IMG/VR virus record: IMGVR_UViG_3300044675_005052
Reading direction: 5' to 3' (one strand)
Length of the DNA stretch: 64,000 bases
Source of the DNA: a virus
Lineage: Duplodnaviria; Caudoviricetes
Position numbers and translations under genes: made by a program. Below the pieces are notes generated by a model. It was given only the letters and a program-made list of their open reading frames with translations, was not told where the DNA came from and searched no databases. The first letter of the stretch is position 1. Every line of letters starts with the position of its first letter. Shown piece by piece: positions 46,739-56,429 of the stretch.

Positions 46739-47311
46739 ATGAACTCATATTTTTTTAAAATGACAAACGAGGAAAAAAATAACATCCTTGACCAACATAA
46801 AGAAGTTTATGATGGATACTTAACAAGTTATATTAAACCGTCAAATGAACAACCATTATACACTCAAGACTTCGCTAACGATAAAGAAGGTCTTACAGTT
46901 AATAATAAAGGTGTTGTAACCGCTTATAAGAACATGAACATCAATGAGATGAAACATGATGGTAAAAGTACCGGATTATTCTCTGATGAAGAAGAAGAGT
47001 ATAATGAAGGGTATATTTCTGCTGGTACTGAATACGCACCGGAAGAAAGTTTTGAAGAAGTGGAAGAACAATTGGATATGATTGGTGATGGTGAATATGA
47101 TTTACCTAATGGTACGGTAGATGTTGACGATGAATATGTATCCGATGATGAATTTGAAATGTGTGAAGATGATGAATTTGAAATGAATCTTGACGATTTA
47201 ATGGATTTAGGTGATGAGGAAAATGAAATCGAAGAAGAAGAAAAAGAAGAGATAATTAACAAGATTAACGAATCGTTGGATATGTTCAAAAGATTAAAAA
47301 AATATAATTAA
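46739..47311 (+). CDS. Leader-bearing highly acidic protein
   Basis: MTNEEKNNILDQH leader; D/E-rich core. Confidence 0.75.
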   Translation: MNSYFFKMTNEEKNNILDQHKEVYDGYLTSYIKPSNEQPLYTQDFANDKEGLTVNNKGVVTAYKNMNINEMKHDGKSTGLFSDEEEEYNEGYISAGTEYAPEESFEEVEEQLDMIGDGEYDLPNGTVDVDDEYVSDDEFEMCEDDEFEMNLDDLMDLGDEENEIEEEEKEEIINKINESLDMFKRLKKYN

Positions 47312-47373
47312 TTCTGGACTTTTAGAAAAATTGTGATATTTCTTTGTAATAAACAATGTTAAATTAAACGATA

Positions 47374-47685
47374 ATGGAAATTAAAGAATTAGTATCTTAT
47401 TACATAAATGAAACATCACACATGTTGGAAGTCACATTCCGAATTCTAACGGATAATGATGATGAAATAAGAACAGACCAAATAGTTCTTGAAGAAATAG
47501 AAACTTTTGGTTATAATATATCAAACAATTTTAAAGAAGATTTTTATGACGATGATGATGAAGAATTTGAAGATATGTTCGATGATTTTGAAGAAGAAGA
47601 ATTAGATGAGGACGAGATTGTATCATTTTTAAATGAGTATTACTTAATCTATCCAAAAAAATTACCTGAAGCTCAATTATTTTAA
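47374..47685 (+). CDS. Acidic hypothetical protein
   Basis: 103 aa with a D/E tract. Confidence 0.7.
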   Translation: MEIKELVSYYINETSHMLEVTFRILTDNDDEIRTDQIVLEEIETFGYNISNNFKEDFYDDDDEEFEDMFDDFEEEELDEDEIVSFLNEYYLIYPKKLPEAQLF

Positions 47686-47693
47686 AACACAAA

Positions 47694-47717
47694 CCCACCA
47701 ATTAGGTGGGTTTTTTA
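47694..47717. terminator. Terminator between convergent genes
   Basis: cccacc-aatta-ggtggg plus T-run. Confidence 0.75.
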
Positions 47718-48230
47718 TTATGGTCCAACTCGTGTTAGATGTAAGGTTATGTTTGTGTTAGGACCATATGGTCCGTCAGGCCATTGTCCGGTGGTTCTAA
47801 GAGTCAAACTCTCCATAGAGTCATTGACAATTTTAAACATCCTTTTTGTCCCGTTATTCAATTCAAATTCAATATATCCTAAATCAGTATAATACCAATC
47901 ATTATATATGTGATAAAAATATTGATATTGCCATAACACCTGACCATTGTTTAACCCAATTGGGCTAAATGAGATTACACTATAATCAAAATGCCATCTT
48001 GTTGCTCCAACAACAATCATATCCATTGGAAATGATTCGGTATTACTAATAAAGGTGTCACCCGGTTGATAGACAACCAATTGTTGTGTTCCTGACGTAT
48101 TTTCCGTTGATGTACGGGTAATTCTGTCTATAATGTATTCTCCACTTAAACTCAAGGTTTTTGGTTGGTCATAGACCTCACAGGACACTAATGTTAGTAA
48201 TAATACTACAATTAAAATTATTTTTTTCAT
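47718..48230 (-). CDS. Lipoprotein, lipocalin-like
   Basis: Lipobox LTLVSC; TATATTTG on minus strand at 48250-48257. Confidence 0.75.
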   Translation of the reverse strand: MKKIILIVVLLLTLVSCEVYDQPKTLSLSGEYIIDRITRTSTENTSGTQQLVVYQPGDTFISNTESFPMDMIVVGATRWHFDYSVISFSPIGLNNGQVLWQYQYFYHIYNDWYYTDLGYIEFELNNGTKRMFKIVNDSMESLTLRTTGQWPDGPYGPNTNITLHLTRVGP

Positions 48231-48293
48231 ATATTATGGTTTTATTTTACAAATATACAACTTTTTTCCAAAACAAAAAATATTTATCAACAT

Positions 48294-48551
48294 ATGAGAA
48301 CAGATATTGACCACATAATTAGTTTAATGAAGAGATATACAACGAGTGATTCAAATGAAGAACTTGGTGAACAAGAAGAATCTCCTGCCGCTGCGGCACC
48401 CGCTGCTGGTGGAGGTGGTGGTGGAACAACTACAAACACCGGTAGAAAGTGGGAAACCGGATTAACAAGAGGTAAAGCCAATAAATTAGGTTTAGCCGGT
48501 GAAAAATGGGAGACAGGTCTTACAAGAGGTCACGCAAATCCGGTACCTTAA
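48294..48551 (+). CDS. Small G/A-rich protein with duplicated KWETGLTRG motif
   Basis: ATATTTAT 48280-48287; repeats visible. Confidence 0.7.
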   Translation: MRTDIDHIISLMKRYTTSDSNEELGEQEESPAAAAPAAGGGGGGTTTNTGRKWETGLTRGKANKLGLAGEKWETGLTRGHANPVP

Positions 48552-48582
48552 AAAAAAAATAATTCACCGATATTTATTAACT

Positions 48583-49764
48583 ATGAATTCAACTTATACT
48601 ATAACCGAAGGGAATGATGCTTTAAATAGAGTACTTCTTATGATGCGTTATGATTCGACAAAAACATTATCGGAACAGAAAAAATTTACAGACCAAGATA
48701 TTAAAAAACTTAAAAATGATGAGTTTGAAAATAATACTCGTAAATATGTAGATAAAACAGCGGTTTCATTTAGAGGTCCGGATGGTAAAAAAATATCAAC
48801 AGCCACGTTTCCAAAAATGACTAAAAAAATAGATTCTAAAACATTTTCAGAATGGTTGTTAGAAGTACGTGAATTTTTTTTCACACCTGAAGGAGCAACA
48901 TTACAAGTTGTGTTATCTATTGCGGGTGCCGAAATCGGTGCACCAATATTGTTTATGATTTTAGATGGTGCAATTATTATTAATGACGCTTATATGATGG
49001 TGAGAGATTGGGATAATAATGGGCCTAAAATGCCTGAGTACCCGGTCACAATGATTCCAAATCCTTCGATTACTGGATTATATAGTAAACAATTATGGGA
49101 ATGGTTTAAGTTTCATTTTACAACAAATATTGGGTTTCAAAATCTTATTGTAGACATTGGAGCTATTTTATTGGGGCAAGGAATTTTTAAATTAGGTAAA
49201 GCCACTCTTAAATCCGCTAGTAAAATGTTTAAATTATTGATAGAAAAATTCGGCCCTAATTTTATGAAAAAATTTGTATCTTTTCTTGAAAAATTTAAAC
49301 CAAAAACTGATGGATTACCTAAAGAATTAGGAAGTTGGGTTGATAAAAAATATTCTGAAATAACCAAAGCAATTGAGTTGTGGAAAACCCCAAGTAAAGC
49401 GGTTAAAACTGTTGTAAACCCACTAAGACTATCATTAGCGGGAGTCTCAGGTGCTGGAACATATAAATTAGTGAAATGGTTTGAATCAAAAAGTGATGCT
49501 ATTGCTAAATTTTTTGAAAGTAATCCAGAAAAAGATTCAGCATTAGTATCAAGTGATTTGGAAAATTTTACAGATAAAGATTTACTTAACACCATATTAG
49601 ATGAAAACCCTAAATTGTTTAAGTCTGCTTTTAAACCAAAAACGTTTAAAATTATTATGGTTAAAAAAAATAACAAAATGTATCCTCAGTATTATATAAT
49701 TGATGGTGTTAAGTATTCCCCTGTGGACTTAACTAAAGGTTTGGAAGTTAAAATGATAAAATAA
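48583..49764 (+). CDS. Putative virion-internal protein with hydrophobic segments
   Basis: Start at ATG 48583 after ATATTTAT 48570-48577; ITEGN..L.R.LLMM.YD leader shared with 53532. Confidence 0.7.
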   Translation: MNSTYTITEGNDALNRVLLMMRYDSTKTLSEQKKFTDQDIKKLKNDEFENNTRKYVDKTAVSFRGPDGKKISTATFPKMTKKIDSKTFSEWLLEVREFFFTPEGATLQVVLSIAGAEIGAPILFMILDGAIIINDAYMMVRDWDNNGPKMPEYPVTMIPNPSITGLYSKQLWEWFKFHFTTNIGFQNLIVDIGAILLGQGIFKLGKATLKSASKMFKLLIEKFGPNFMKKFVSFLEKFKPKTDGLPKELGSWVDKKYSEITKAIELWKTPSKAVKTVVNPLRLSLAGVSGAGTYKLVKWFESKSDAIAKFFESNPEKDSALVSSDLENFTDKDLLNTILDENPKLFKSAFKPKTFKIIMVKKNNKMYPQYYIIDGVKYSPVDLTKGLEVKMIK

Positions 49765-49770
49765 ATAAAA

Positions 49771-51447
49771 ATGGAAAATAAATTAATATTAGAAATTAAT
49801 CAAATAAGAAGTAATATGGGTTTACCTGTAATTACTGAAGAAGTTAATATACTTTTAGAAGGTCCAACAAATGAAACTATTGCTACAATATTTAACGCAC
49901 TCGTTAGGGGTTCGTTAAAAGCAGTAACTACAGAAGAAAGAGCGTTAATTAGACGATTTATCAAGGGGGAAATTGATGACGCATCGGACAATGCAATTAA
50001 ATTAAAATTTTCAAATTTTATAAAAACACCAAACGGTGTTAAAACAATTGCGGAACTTGAACGAGCAATAAAAGCCGCAAAAACAAGAAGAAATAATCCA
50101 ATTGATGCACAAACAGAAGGTTATATGAACGCAGTTCTTAATAAAATGAGAAGAGCTGGTACTAAATGGGCTAAAACTAAAAAAGCATTAGATAAAACAT
50201 TTACAGAATTAGGAGGAATTACATCTAATCAGGTTAAATGGTTGGAAAAGGTTCATGGTAAAAATTGGGCAAAACCTTTTTATAGTTTTTTTGATTCAGT
50301 TAAAAGTATGTTTAAATCTGAAGAAACATTATTAAATGAAACTTTGGAATTAATTAAACAACTTAGTATTGATACTGGTTCTACAAATATTGCAAATTAT
50401 AAAAAACAAATTTCATTAAATTTTGAAAAATTAACAAAAATGAGAAGGGATAATTTTGATAAAATAAATGATTGGATATCAAAAAATGTACCTCCTAGCG
50501 TTAAAAAAAGATTAGATAAAGAAAATTTAAATGGATATGGTAGAGCCAAAAAATTAGCAACCGGTGCCTTTGAAAAGGAATTTCAGAAAGAGTATGGGAC
50601 TTTTAATGATAGAATAAGTAAATTTTGGTCACAAATGAAAGACATCACTTACGCAAATAAAAAAAGGGTTGAAAAGAAATACGGTAGTAAATCAGAAATG
50701 TGGGGTGATTTAGTAAGGCTTAAAAATATGGATTTAAAGGGTGACCATTCTACTAAGTTTGGTGAATTAAAGGCTGATTTTTGGTATGGGTCGACATTAG
50801 TCCCATCAGCTTGGGGTGAATATATTAAAAAAGCGGGAAAAAGTGCCGCGGCAAAAAAATATATTGCAGAATACGCAACGGTATATGTTAGAATAAACTT
50901 AATAATTGCTGGTTTAGAATTGGCTGTTGATGTTTTTGCTAAAATTGTTGAAGATTGGTATTTTTTTGAAGATTTGGGGTGGGTACAAACTTTATCAAAA
51001 AATTATAATAAAAATTATTATAAGGCACTTGGTTTAGAGACAGATGAACAAATTAACGAATATAAGAAAAAATACAAAGATGCTAAAGTAGAGTTAGAAA
51101 CCGTTTTAAAAGTTTATTTACAATACGCTTACGAACAATTCAATACTTGGGAAAGTCTTATACCTGGATTTGCGGATAATGTTATTGTTGGAATTAAAGA
51201 TATGATATTATGGTTAGCAAATCCTGAAACAAAACTAGATAAAGAAGATGGTGAAGAAGTAATTAAAAAAGTTAAACCAATTATAGATGATTCTAAACAA
51301 AAGTTAGATTCTTTAAAAAATAAATTAGACGAGGATTTCAAAAGAAAAGTGGATTCTCTTGAAAATTTACCAATACCGGCTCCGGTCGATAATGATACAA
51401 TTATAACTCCGGAAAAAATAAAAACAGCTGACGAATCAGGATTTTAA
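49771..51447 (+). CDS. Large helical putative virion-internal protein
   Basis: MENKLILEINQIR leader; helical composition. Confidence 0.7.
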   Translation: MENKLILEINQIRSNMGLPVITEEVNILLEGPTNETIATIFNALVRGSLKAVTTEERALIRRFIKGEIDDASDNAIKLKFSNFIKTPNGVKTIAELERAIKAAKTRRNNPIDAQTEGYMNAVLNKMRRAGTKWAKTKKALDKTFTELGGITSNQVKWLEKVHGKNWAKPFYSFFDSVKSMFKSEETLLNETLELIKQLSIDTGSTNIANYKKQISLNFEKLTKMRRDNFDKINDWISKNVPPSVKKRLDKENLNGYGRAKKLATGAFEKEFQKEYGTFNDRISKFWSQMKDITYANKKRVEKKYGSKSEMWGDLVRLKNMDLKGDHSTKFGELKADFWYGSTLVPSAWGEYIKKAGKSAAAKKYIAEYATVYVRINLIIAGLELAVDVFAKIVEDWYFFEDLGWVQTLSKNYNKNYYKALGLETDEQINEYKKKYKDAKVELETVLKVYLQYAYEQFNTWESLIPGFADNVIVGIKDMILWLANPETKLDKEDGEEVIKKVKPIIDDSKQKLDSLKNKLDEDFKRKVDSLENLPIPAPVDNDTIITPEKIKTADESGF

Positions 51448-51449
51448 TT

Positions 51450-52754
51450 ATGGCTTTAGATAGAGAACAATTATATATAAAAATGAAAGCAAAGGCTAAG
51501 TCTTTAGGAAAGTTAGACGTGTTTAACAACGCTTATCCTAATTTAAAGACTTGGGTTAAAATACGATTTCAAGATGAATCTCAAACTAATGAAACGTTTA
51601 AAAGAGCTAAAACAAATAATATTATTTCATCAGATTGGACAATTAAATCATTTTATCAAACATACGCGTGTGATTTAGGTTGGGCTAAAAATTTATCATA
51701 TTGTAGTAGTAATAGTACAACGGGTAACGACCCCCAACCAACAACTGAATTACCTTCTTGGACTCCGGATTGTGTAAAAAATGGAGTTAAAAGTTTAAGT
51801 GGTACTACAGACCCAAACAAAGTTGTTTATATCAATGATAAAGGTGATAAATGGTATTTCTCTAAAAATGGAGACTTTCTTTATATTTTTAAAAGTGGTA
51901 AACGTATTAGTGGTGATTATGTTTGTGATGATAATGATGTTGTAATAACAACTGAGGATGGTGAAGTTTATCGTGGAAAAAATAAAAAATGGTTAAAAAA
52001 AGTAACCGATAGTGAATTACAGAAAAAATTAAAAGACAAAGACGATACTAGTTTTTGGGAAGACATTAAAATTGGTGTTCCATCATTAATTAATAAAGCC
52101 GGTGAATGGTTTCACGACATTGGTGAGGACGCCAAAAAATGGTGGAATGATTGGAGAAAAGAGGAAAACAATGGAAATTCAAATTCTTCTTGTAATACTA
52201 ATGGTTGGTTAAAAGACCCAACAGGTAGTAAAAAATACGTATTTAAGGTTATAGAATGTAAATGGTATACCAAGAATGTTAGTACTTGTAAAGAGTTTAA
52301 TATTAATGATAATCTAAAATATAAAAGGTCTGTTGATATATTAAATAAAGAATACCCTAATGAATTAAAAAATTGTAATAAAAATCAATCATCTGTTAAC
52401 GAACCTTCTTGGGTTAAAGATTACCCTTGTATTCGTGGGTTTGGTGAGGCTTTACCAAAAAATTCGGATAGTAAAGTTTCATTTAAGTCATCAAACGGTT
52501 TAGATATTTTAAACTTTTATAAAAATTCAAAATTTAGTTATGAACATGAAAGTGGAGAAATTATGAATGGTACTTGGAAATGTGAAAACAATGTAATAAT
52601 TATTGATACTGATGATAAGGCTCGTTTTATTTCAGGTAAAGGATGGGATTATAGTAAGGTAATTAAGAAAGACCAAGAAATAATTAAAAAAGATTATGAA
52701 ATTTCACCTGATGATGAAATTATTTATAAACAAGTTGATAAAGACGAATTTTAG
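51450..52754 (+). CDS. Hypothetical protein with a duplicated Cys/Trp beta-domain
   Basis: PSW..DC...F.KN..F.Y...SG....G...C....V.I.T.D occurs twice. Confidence 0.7.
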   Translation: MALDREQLYIKMKAKAKSLGKLDVFNNAYPNLKTWVKIRFQDESQTNETFKRAKTNNIISSDWTIKSFYQTYACDLGWAKNLSYCSSNSTTGNDPQPTTELPSWTPDCVKNGVKSLSGTTDPNKVVYINDKGDKWYFSKNGDFLYIFKSGKRISGDYVCDDNDVVITTEDGEVYRGKNKKWLKKVTDSELQKKLKDKDDTSFWEDIKIGVPSLINKAGEWFHDIGEDAKKWWNDWRKEENNGNSNSSCNTNGWLKDPTGSKKYVFKVIECKWYTKNVSTCKEFNINDNLKYKRSVDILNKEYPNELKNCNKNQSSVNEPSWVKDYPCIRGFGEALPKNSDSKVSFKSSNGLDILNFYKNSKFSYEHESGEIMNGTWKCENNVIIIDTDDKARFISGKGWDYSKVIKKDQEIIKKDYEISPDDEIIYKQVDKDEF

Positions 52755-52756
52755 TA

Positions 52757-53530
52757 ATGAAAAATATAAATATGAGAAGATTAATTTTAGAGGACTATAC
52801 ACCAACTAATACCGATAAATACCCAATCAAACAAATTAAGGGTGAAGTTGACCCTGATACTAAAAAACAACCCATTTATCAAATTGGGTTAAGTGATAAT
52901 TTGTTGGTTTTTAAAAGAATGGATGAAGATGGGAAATTTAGTGGTGAATGGTTAAAGTTTGCTAGCCCAGCAATTGTTAAGAAATTAAAAAAGGAACATT
53001 ATAATCTTGTAGATGAAGAAGGAAATGTTATAAGTATTTTTGATGATACTCCTGAAAAAAGAGAGTCTTCAAGTAAAACTAACGTAAAAACTAACGAAAA
53101 GTGTTTACCATTAAAAACTCCACCAGCAGGTCTTACATTAAATATTAAAAACCCTGGTGATAAAAACTATATTTATGGTAAAGTTGGCGAGGAATGGTTT
53201 GCTCAAAACGTTAAGAATAAAAAAATATTTAATTTAACTAAATGTAATTATACAACATCAATTGCCAAATTAGAAAAGTTAAAACCGGGTAGTGCAAATG
53301 CAAGTGTTGAACAATTACAGAGTCAAAGTAAAGAAATTCAACAAAGTGCGGGATTACCTGAAACAGGTTCTTTTGATATTCAATCGTTAGAAAAATTAAT
53401 AAAATTATTAAGTGATGAGGAACAACCAAAAGTACAATCGGTAAATCAATTAAAACTAGCAGGAATTCAAACCCCTAATGCCGAAGAACAATTAAAACAA
53501 ATTGCGTCACAACAAACAATAAGACAATAA
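52757..53530 (+). CDS. Leader-bearing protein with partial PGBD-like motif
   Basis: RRLILE leader; IQQSAGLPETG motif. Confidence 0.65.
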   Translation: MKNINMRRLILEDYTPTNTDKYPIKQIKGEVDPDTKKQPIYQIGLSDNLLVFKRMDEDGKFSGEWLKFASPAIVKKLKKEHYNLVDEEGNVISIFDDTPEKRESSSKTNVKTNEKCLPLKTPPAGLTLNIKNPGDKNYIYGKVGEEWFAQNVKNKKIFNLTKCNYTTSIAKLEKLKPGSANASVEQLQSQSKEIQQSAGLPETGSFDIQSLEKLIKLLSDEEQPKVQSVNQLKLAGIQTPNAEEQLKQIASQQTIRQ

Positions 53531-53531
53531 G

Positions 53532-54143
53532 ATGGAAAAATATAGTTTAAATGAGGGTAATGAATCTTTGAAGAGAATTCTTCTTATGATGAATTATGAT
53601 AATAAGAAAACACTTGAAGAAAATACTAAAGTTATTTTTGAACAAGAAGAGGCCGGCGATTTGATAAATAAATATGGTAAAAAAATGGGTGTAACCTTAC
53701 CATCGGATTTAGCAACACAGGCAACAGCGGCTCCGACAACAGCGGCTCCGGCAACATCGGCTCCGGCAACAGCGGCTCCGGCAACAGCGGCTCCGGCAAC
53801 AGCTGCTACGGCAACACCTGAAGTTTCTTTAAGTTATGAAGATACTGTTAAGAAATTACAAAATTTATTAATAACAAAATATAAGGCCAAACTAGGTTCA
53901 TCAGGGCCTAATAAAGATGGTGCTGATGGTAAAATAGGAAAATTAACTTTAGACGCTATTGGAGATGCAATTAGAACTAAATTTGCTAAACAACCTCCAA
54001 CACCGACTGATGGTGAGAATAAATCAATAACTCCAAAAACTAAAGATGATGAAACTATAACTCCGGAAGATAAACCTGAAACTACAATAACACCTGATAC
54101 AACTCCGGCAGTTAATCCGGGGTCTGTAGACGATTGGAAATAA
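53532..54143 (+). CDS. Leader-bearing protein with ATAAP repeats and peptidoglycan-binding domain
   Basis: LNEGNE leader; VKKLQ.LL...DGKIG..T..AI. Confidence 0.7.
   Translation: MEKYSLNEGNESLKRILLMMNYDNKKTLEENTKVIFEQEEAGDLINKYGKKMGVTLPSDLATQATAAPTTAAPATSAPATAAPATAAPATAATATPEVSLSYEDTVKKLQNLLITKYKAKLGSSGPNKDGADGKIGKLTLDAIGDAIRTKFAKQPPTPTDGENKSITPKTKDDETITPEDKPETTITPDTTPAVNPGSVDDWK
53721..53810 (+). repeat. Six tandem 15-nt units (GCAACAGCGGCTCCG)
   Basis: Direct inspection; encodes ATAAP. Confidence 0.9.
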
Positions 54144-54161
54144 TATAAAAACACAGTTAAA

Positions 54162-55745
54162 ATGAAACTTAATAGAATTTTAAAAGAACAAGCAACACAA
54201 CCTACCAACAATGATAGAGATAAGTTGTATAAAGCATTACAAGCCGGATGTTTTCCACAATGGTTAAGTAATGGTCAATTTGGTAAAATTGCCGGTAAGA
54301 GCATTTATTATGGAAAAAATAGTAAAGGTGAAGATATTGTGTTTTATGCTGACATGACGGCACAAAACATGAAAACTAAAGAAAAAAGATATTGGGTGTG
54401 TGAGGCAATCACTAATAATCCATTATTATCAACATTTGGTATTGACTCAAAATTAGATAAAGAAACATTGACGAAAACACTAAAAAATGTAACGGCTAAC
54501 TTACAATCTTATGTTGATAAAGGTGCCGTGTCAAATATTTTTAAACAATGGAATGATTTATTAACATCTACTTATCCTGATGTGACAAAACTAGTTATAA
54601 CTGATGAGAATTCATTACCTGATAATGATATTTTAACAACTCAATTTTCACAAGTCCCTGCATTAGACAGAGATAAAGGATGGAAAAATGTAATGATATA
54701 TTTACCAAAAGGTAAAACTAAAGATTTACAAGCGGGTGTTGTCGGAGGAATTAAATTAGATGCTGAAGGTTGTAGAACAATTTTAGGTCAATATCTTGGA
54801 GCGGCGTTACAATATAACGCTCAAGTTGAAACAACACCAATTCCACAATTAAGAGAGTTTAGACAACAATTAGTTAAATGTGATGGTTCAGGTCAATTTG
54901 ATAGTTTCCAAGGTTTTACAGAAGGAGAAACGGCATCAGTAAAAAGTAAATTGTCACCTTACGGATTTTTAAATAAGAAAATTAATAAAAGACAAGTGTT
55001 TAGAATTTTAGCGGGTAAAACTAAATATCTTAAAGCGCCTAGTCCATATATTATAGGTCTTAATGAATCAACTGATTTAACTATTAAAAATGTTATTAAA
55101 GAAAATTTAAATAAAGTTAAAAATGAAAAATTAAGAACATATTCGGCGGAATCAAAAATCATTAAAAATAGAGCGTCAATCATAGTTGAATCACCTATTA
55201 TAAACACAAAACCACAGCAAAAAAGATTATTTAATGATATCTTGACAGAATCAATTTATTTAAATTCTCAAGGGTTTAGTAAACACATTATCCAAGAACA
55301 ATTTTTTGATACGTTAAAAGGGTTCTTTGATAAAGAAGACCACGATTCTATATTCGACACGTTCAAAGAATATATGGGTGAATGGTTAGTATCTAAATTA
55401 ACCCCATTACATCCTGATGGATGGATGAGTAAATCTATCATAAGTTCAATTGACGATATTAAAATAAATGATATTGAGAAATTATTAGATTGTAGTTATT
55501 TAACAAAATCTATTTCAAAATCAATCATTGATGGAAGTGTTGGAAAATTAGAAAAAGACAATGATTTAGATGGTGGATTATATGATATGGTAAGAAACAA
55601 TCTATTTGATTATGTTAATGGAAATGACTTTTTAAACAAACTTGAAAGTGATATCACAAAAATATTATGTCCATTGTTAAATGGCATAACTGAAAAATTA
55701 GAAAATGCTCACGATGAGATTCGTGAAAAAGCTATGTCTAATTAA
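54162..55745 (+). CDS. Large leader-bearing protein (MKLNRILKE)
   Basis: Internal LNE, IKE, IVE and LTE sites. Confidence 0.7.
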   Translation: MKLNRILKEQATQPTNNDRDKLYKALQAGCFPQWLSNGQFGKIAGKSIYYGKNSKGEDIVFYADMTAQNMKTKEKRYWVCEAITNNPLLSTFGIDSKLDKETLTKTLKNVTANLQSYVDKGAVSNIFKQWNDLLTSTYPDVTKLVITDENSLPDNDILTTQFSQVPALDRDKGWKNVMIYLPKGKTKDLQAGVVGGIKLDAEGCRTILGQYLGAALQYNAQVETTPIPQLREFRQQLVKCDGSGQFDSFQGFTEGETASVKSKLSPYGFLNKKINKRQVFRILAGKTKYLKAPSPYIIGLNESTDLTIKNVIKENLNKVKNEKLRTYSAESKIIKNRASIIVESPIINTKPQQKRLFNDILTESIYLNSQGFSKHIIQEQFFDTLKGFFDKEDHDSIFDTFKEYMGEWLVSKLTPLHPDGWMSKSIISSIDDIKINDIEKLLDCSYLTKSISKSIIDGSVGKLEKDNDLDGGLYDMVRNNLFDYVNGNDFLNKLESDITKILCPLLNGITEKLENAHDEIREKAMSN

Positions 55746-55813
55746 AGCACCTTCGGAGTAGAATCCGAATGGGATTAACCAACTAAAAGAAAGGGGAAAA
55801 TTCCAAATCTAGC

Positions 55814-55845
55814 AAAAAGATGTCGTGAGACATCTTTTTGTTTTT
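55814..55845. terminator. Bidirectional terminator
   Basis: aaaaagatgtc-gtga-gacatcttttt. Confidence 0.8.
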
Positions 55846-56429
55846 TAGTTATGTACGAATAATACTTTGTCTATTTTAAAAATACTTGGGGATAATTTTA
55901 AAACTTCAGTAAAGTAAATCCAGTCAGCATTAAATGCCACGGAATTAAAACCTACTTTTTTAGCCAATTCACTTTTAATAACAACATTACCCATATCAAC
56001 TTTAGAACTAACTAATTGACTATTCATTAATCCGTAAGTAGAACCATTACTATTAAATGGTGTTTTATGAGAATGAATTAAATCAAAATATATTAAATCT
56101 TCAGTTCTTTTACTTACTTCTTCAATCATATTTGGTGTATAGTAATTATCACCATTAGTTAATAATACATATTCATTTTTAATTACATTTTCTAATGACC
56201 ATTTACGTAATAAATGACCATAATTTTCGGTTCTTACCGGATGTTCAATAAAACTAATTCTATTTGAACTTAAATAACCATTATCTCTAAGGTCTTTACG
56301 TAATATTGGATTTGGGCCATCATGAATAATAACTAATCTCCAATTATTACTCGTTTGTGCTCTAATTGAATTTATGAAACATTTTAATATTTCATTTTGA
56401 CCGTATGTTACCGCGATTATATCAACCAT
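55845..56429 (-). CDS. Glycosyltransferase family 2-like protein
   Basis: IIHDG, TNGDNYY, ADW motifs. Confidence 0.8.
   Translation of the reverse strand: MVDIIAVTYGQNEILKCFINSIRAQTSNNWRLVIIHDGPNPILRKDLRDNGYLSSNRISFIEHPVRTENYGHLLRKWSLENVIKNEYVLLTNGDNYYTPNMIEEVSKRTEDLIYFDLIHSHKTPFNSNGSTYGLMNSQLVSSKVDMGNVVIKSELAKKVGFNSVAFNADWIYFTEVLKLSPSIFKIDKVLFVHN

Noticed and set aside
305-54211. Many listed antisense or alternate-frame ORFs (for example 305, 1021, 3257, 5093, 29513, 37687, 46924, 49137, 53834)
   Set aside because: They overlap well-supported genes, lack upstream motifs and have shadow-frame composition
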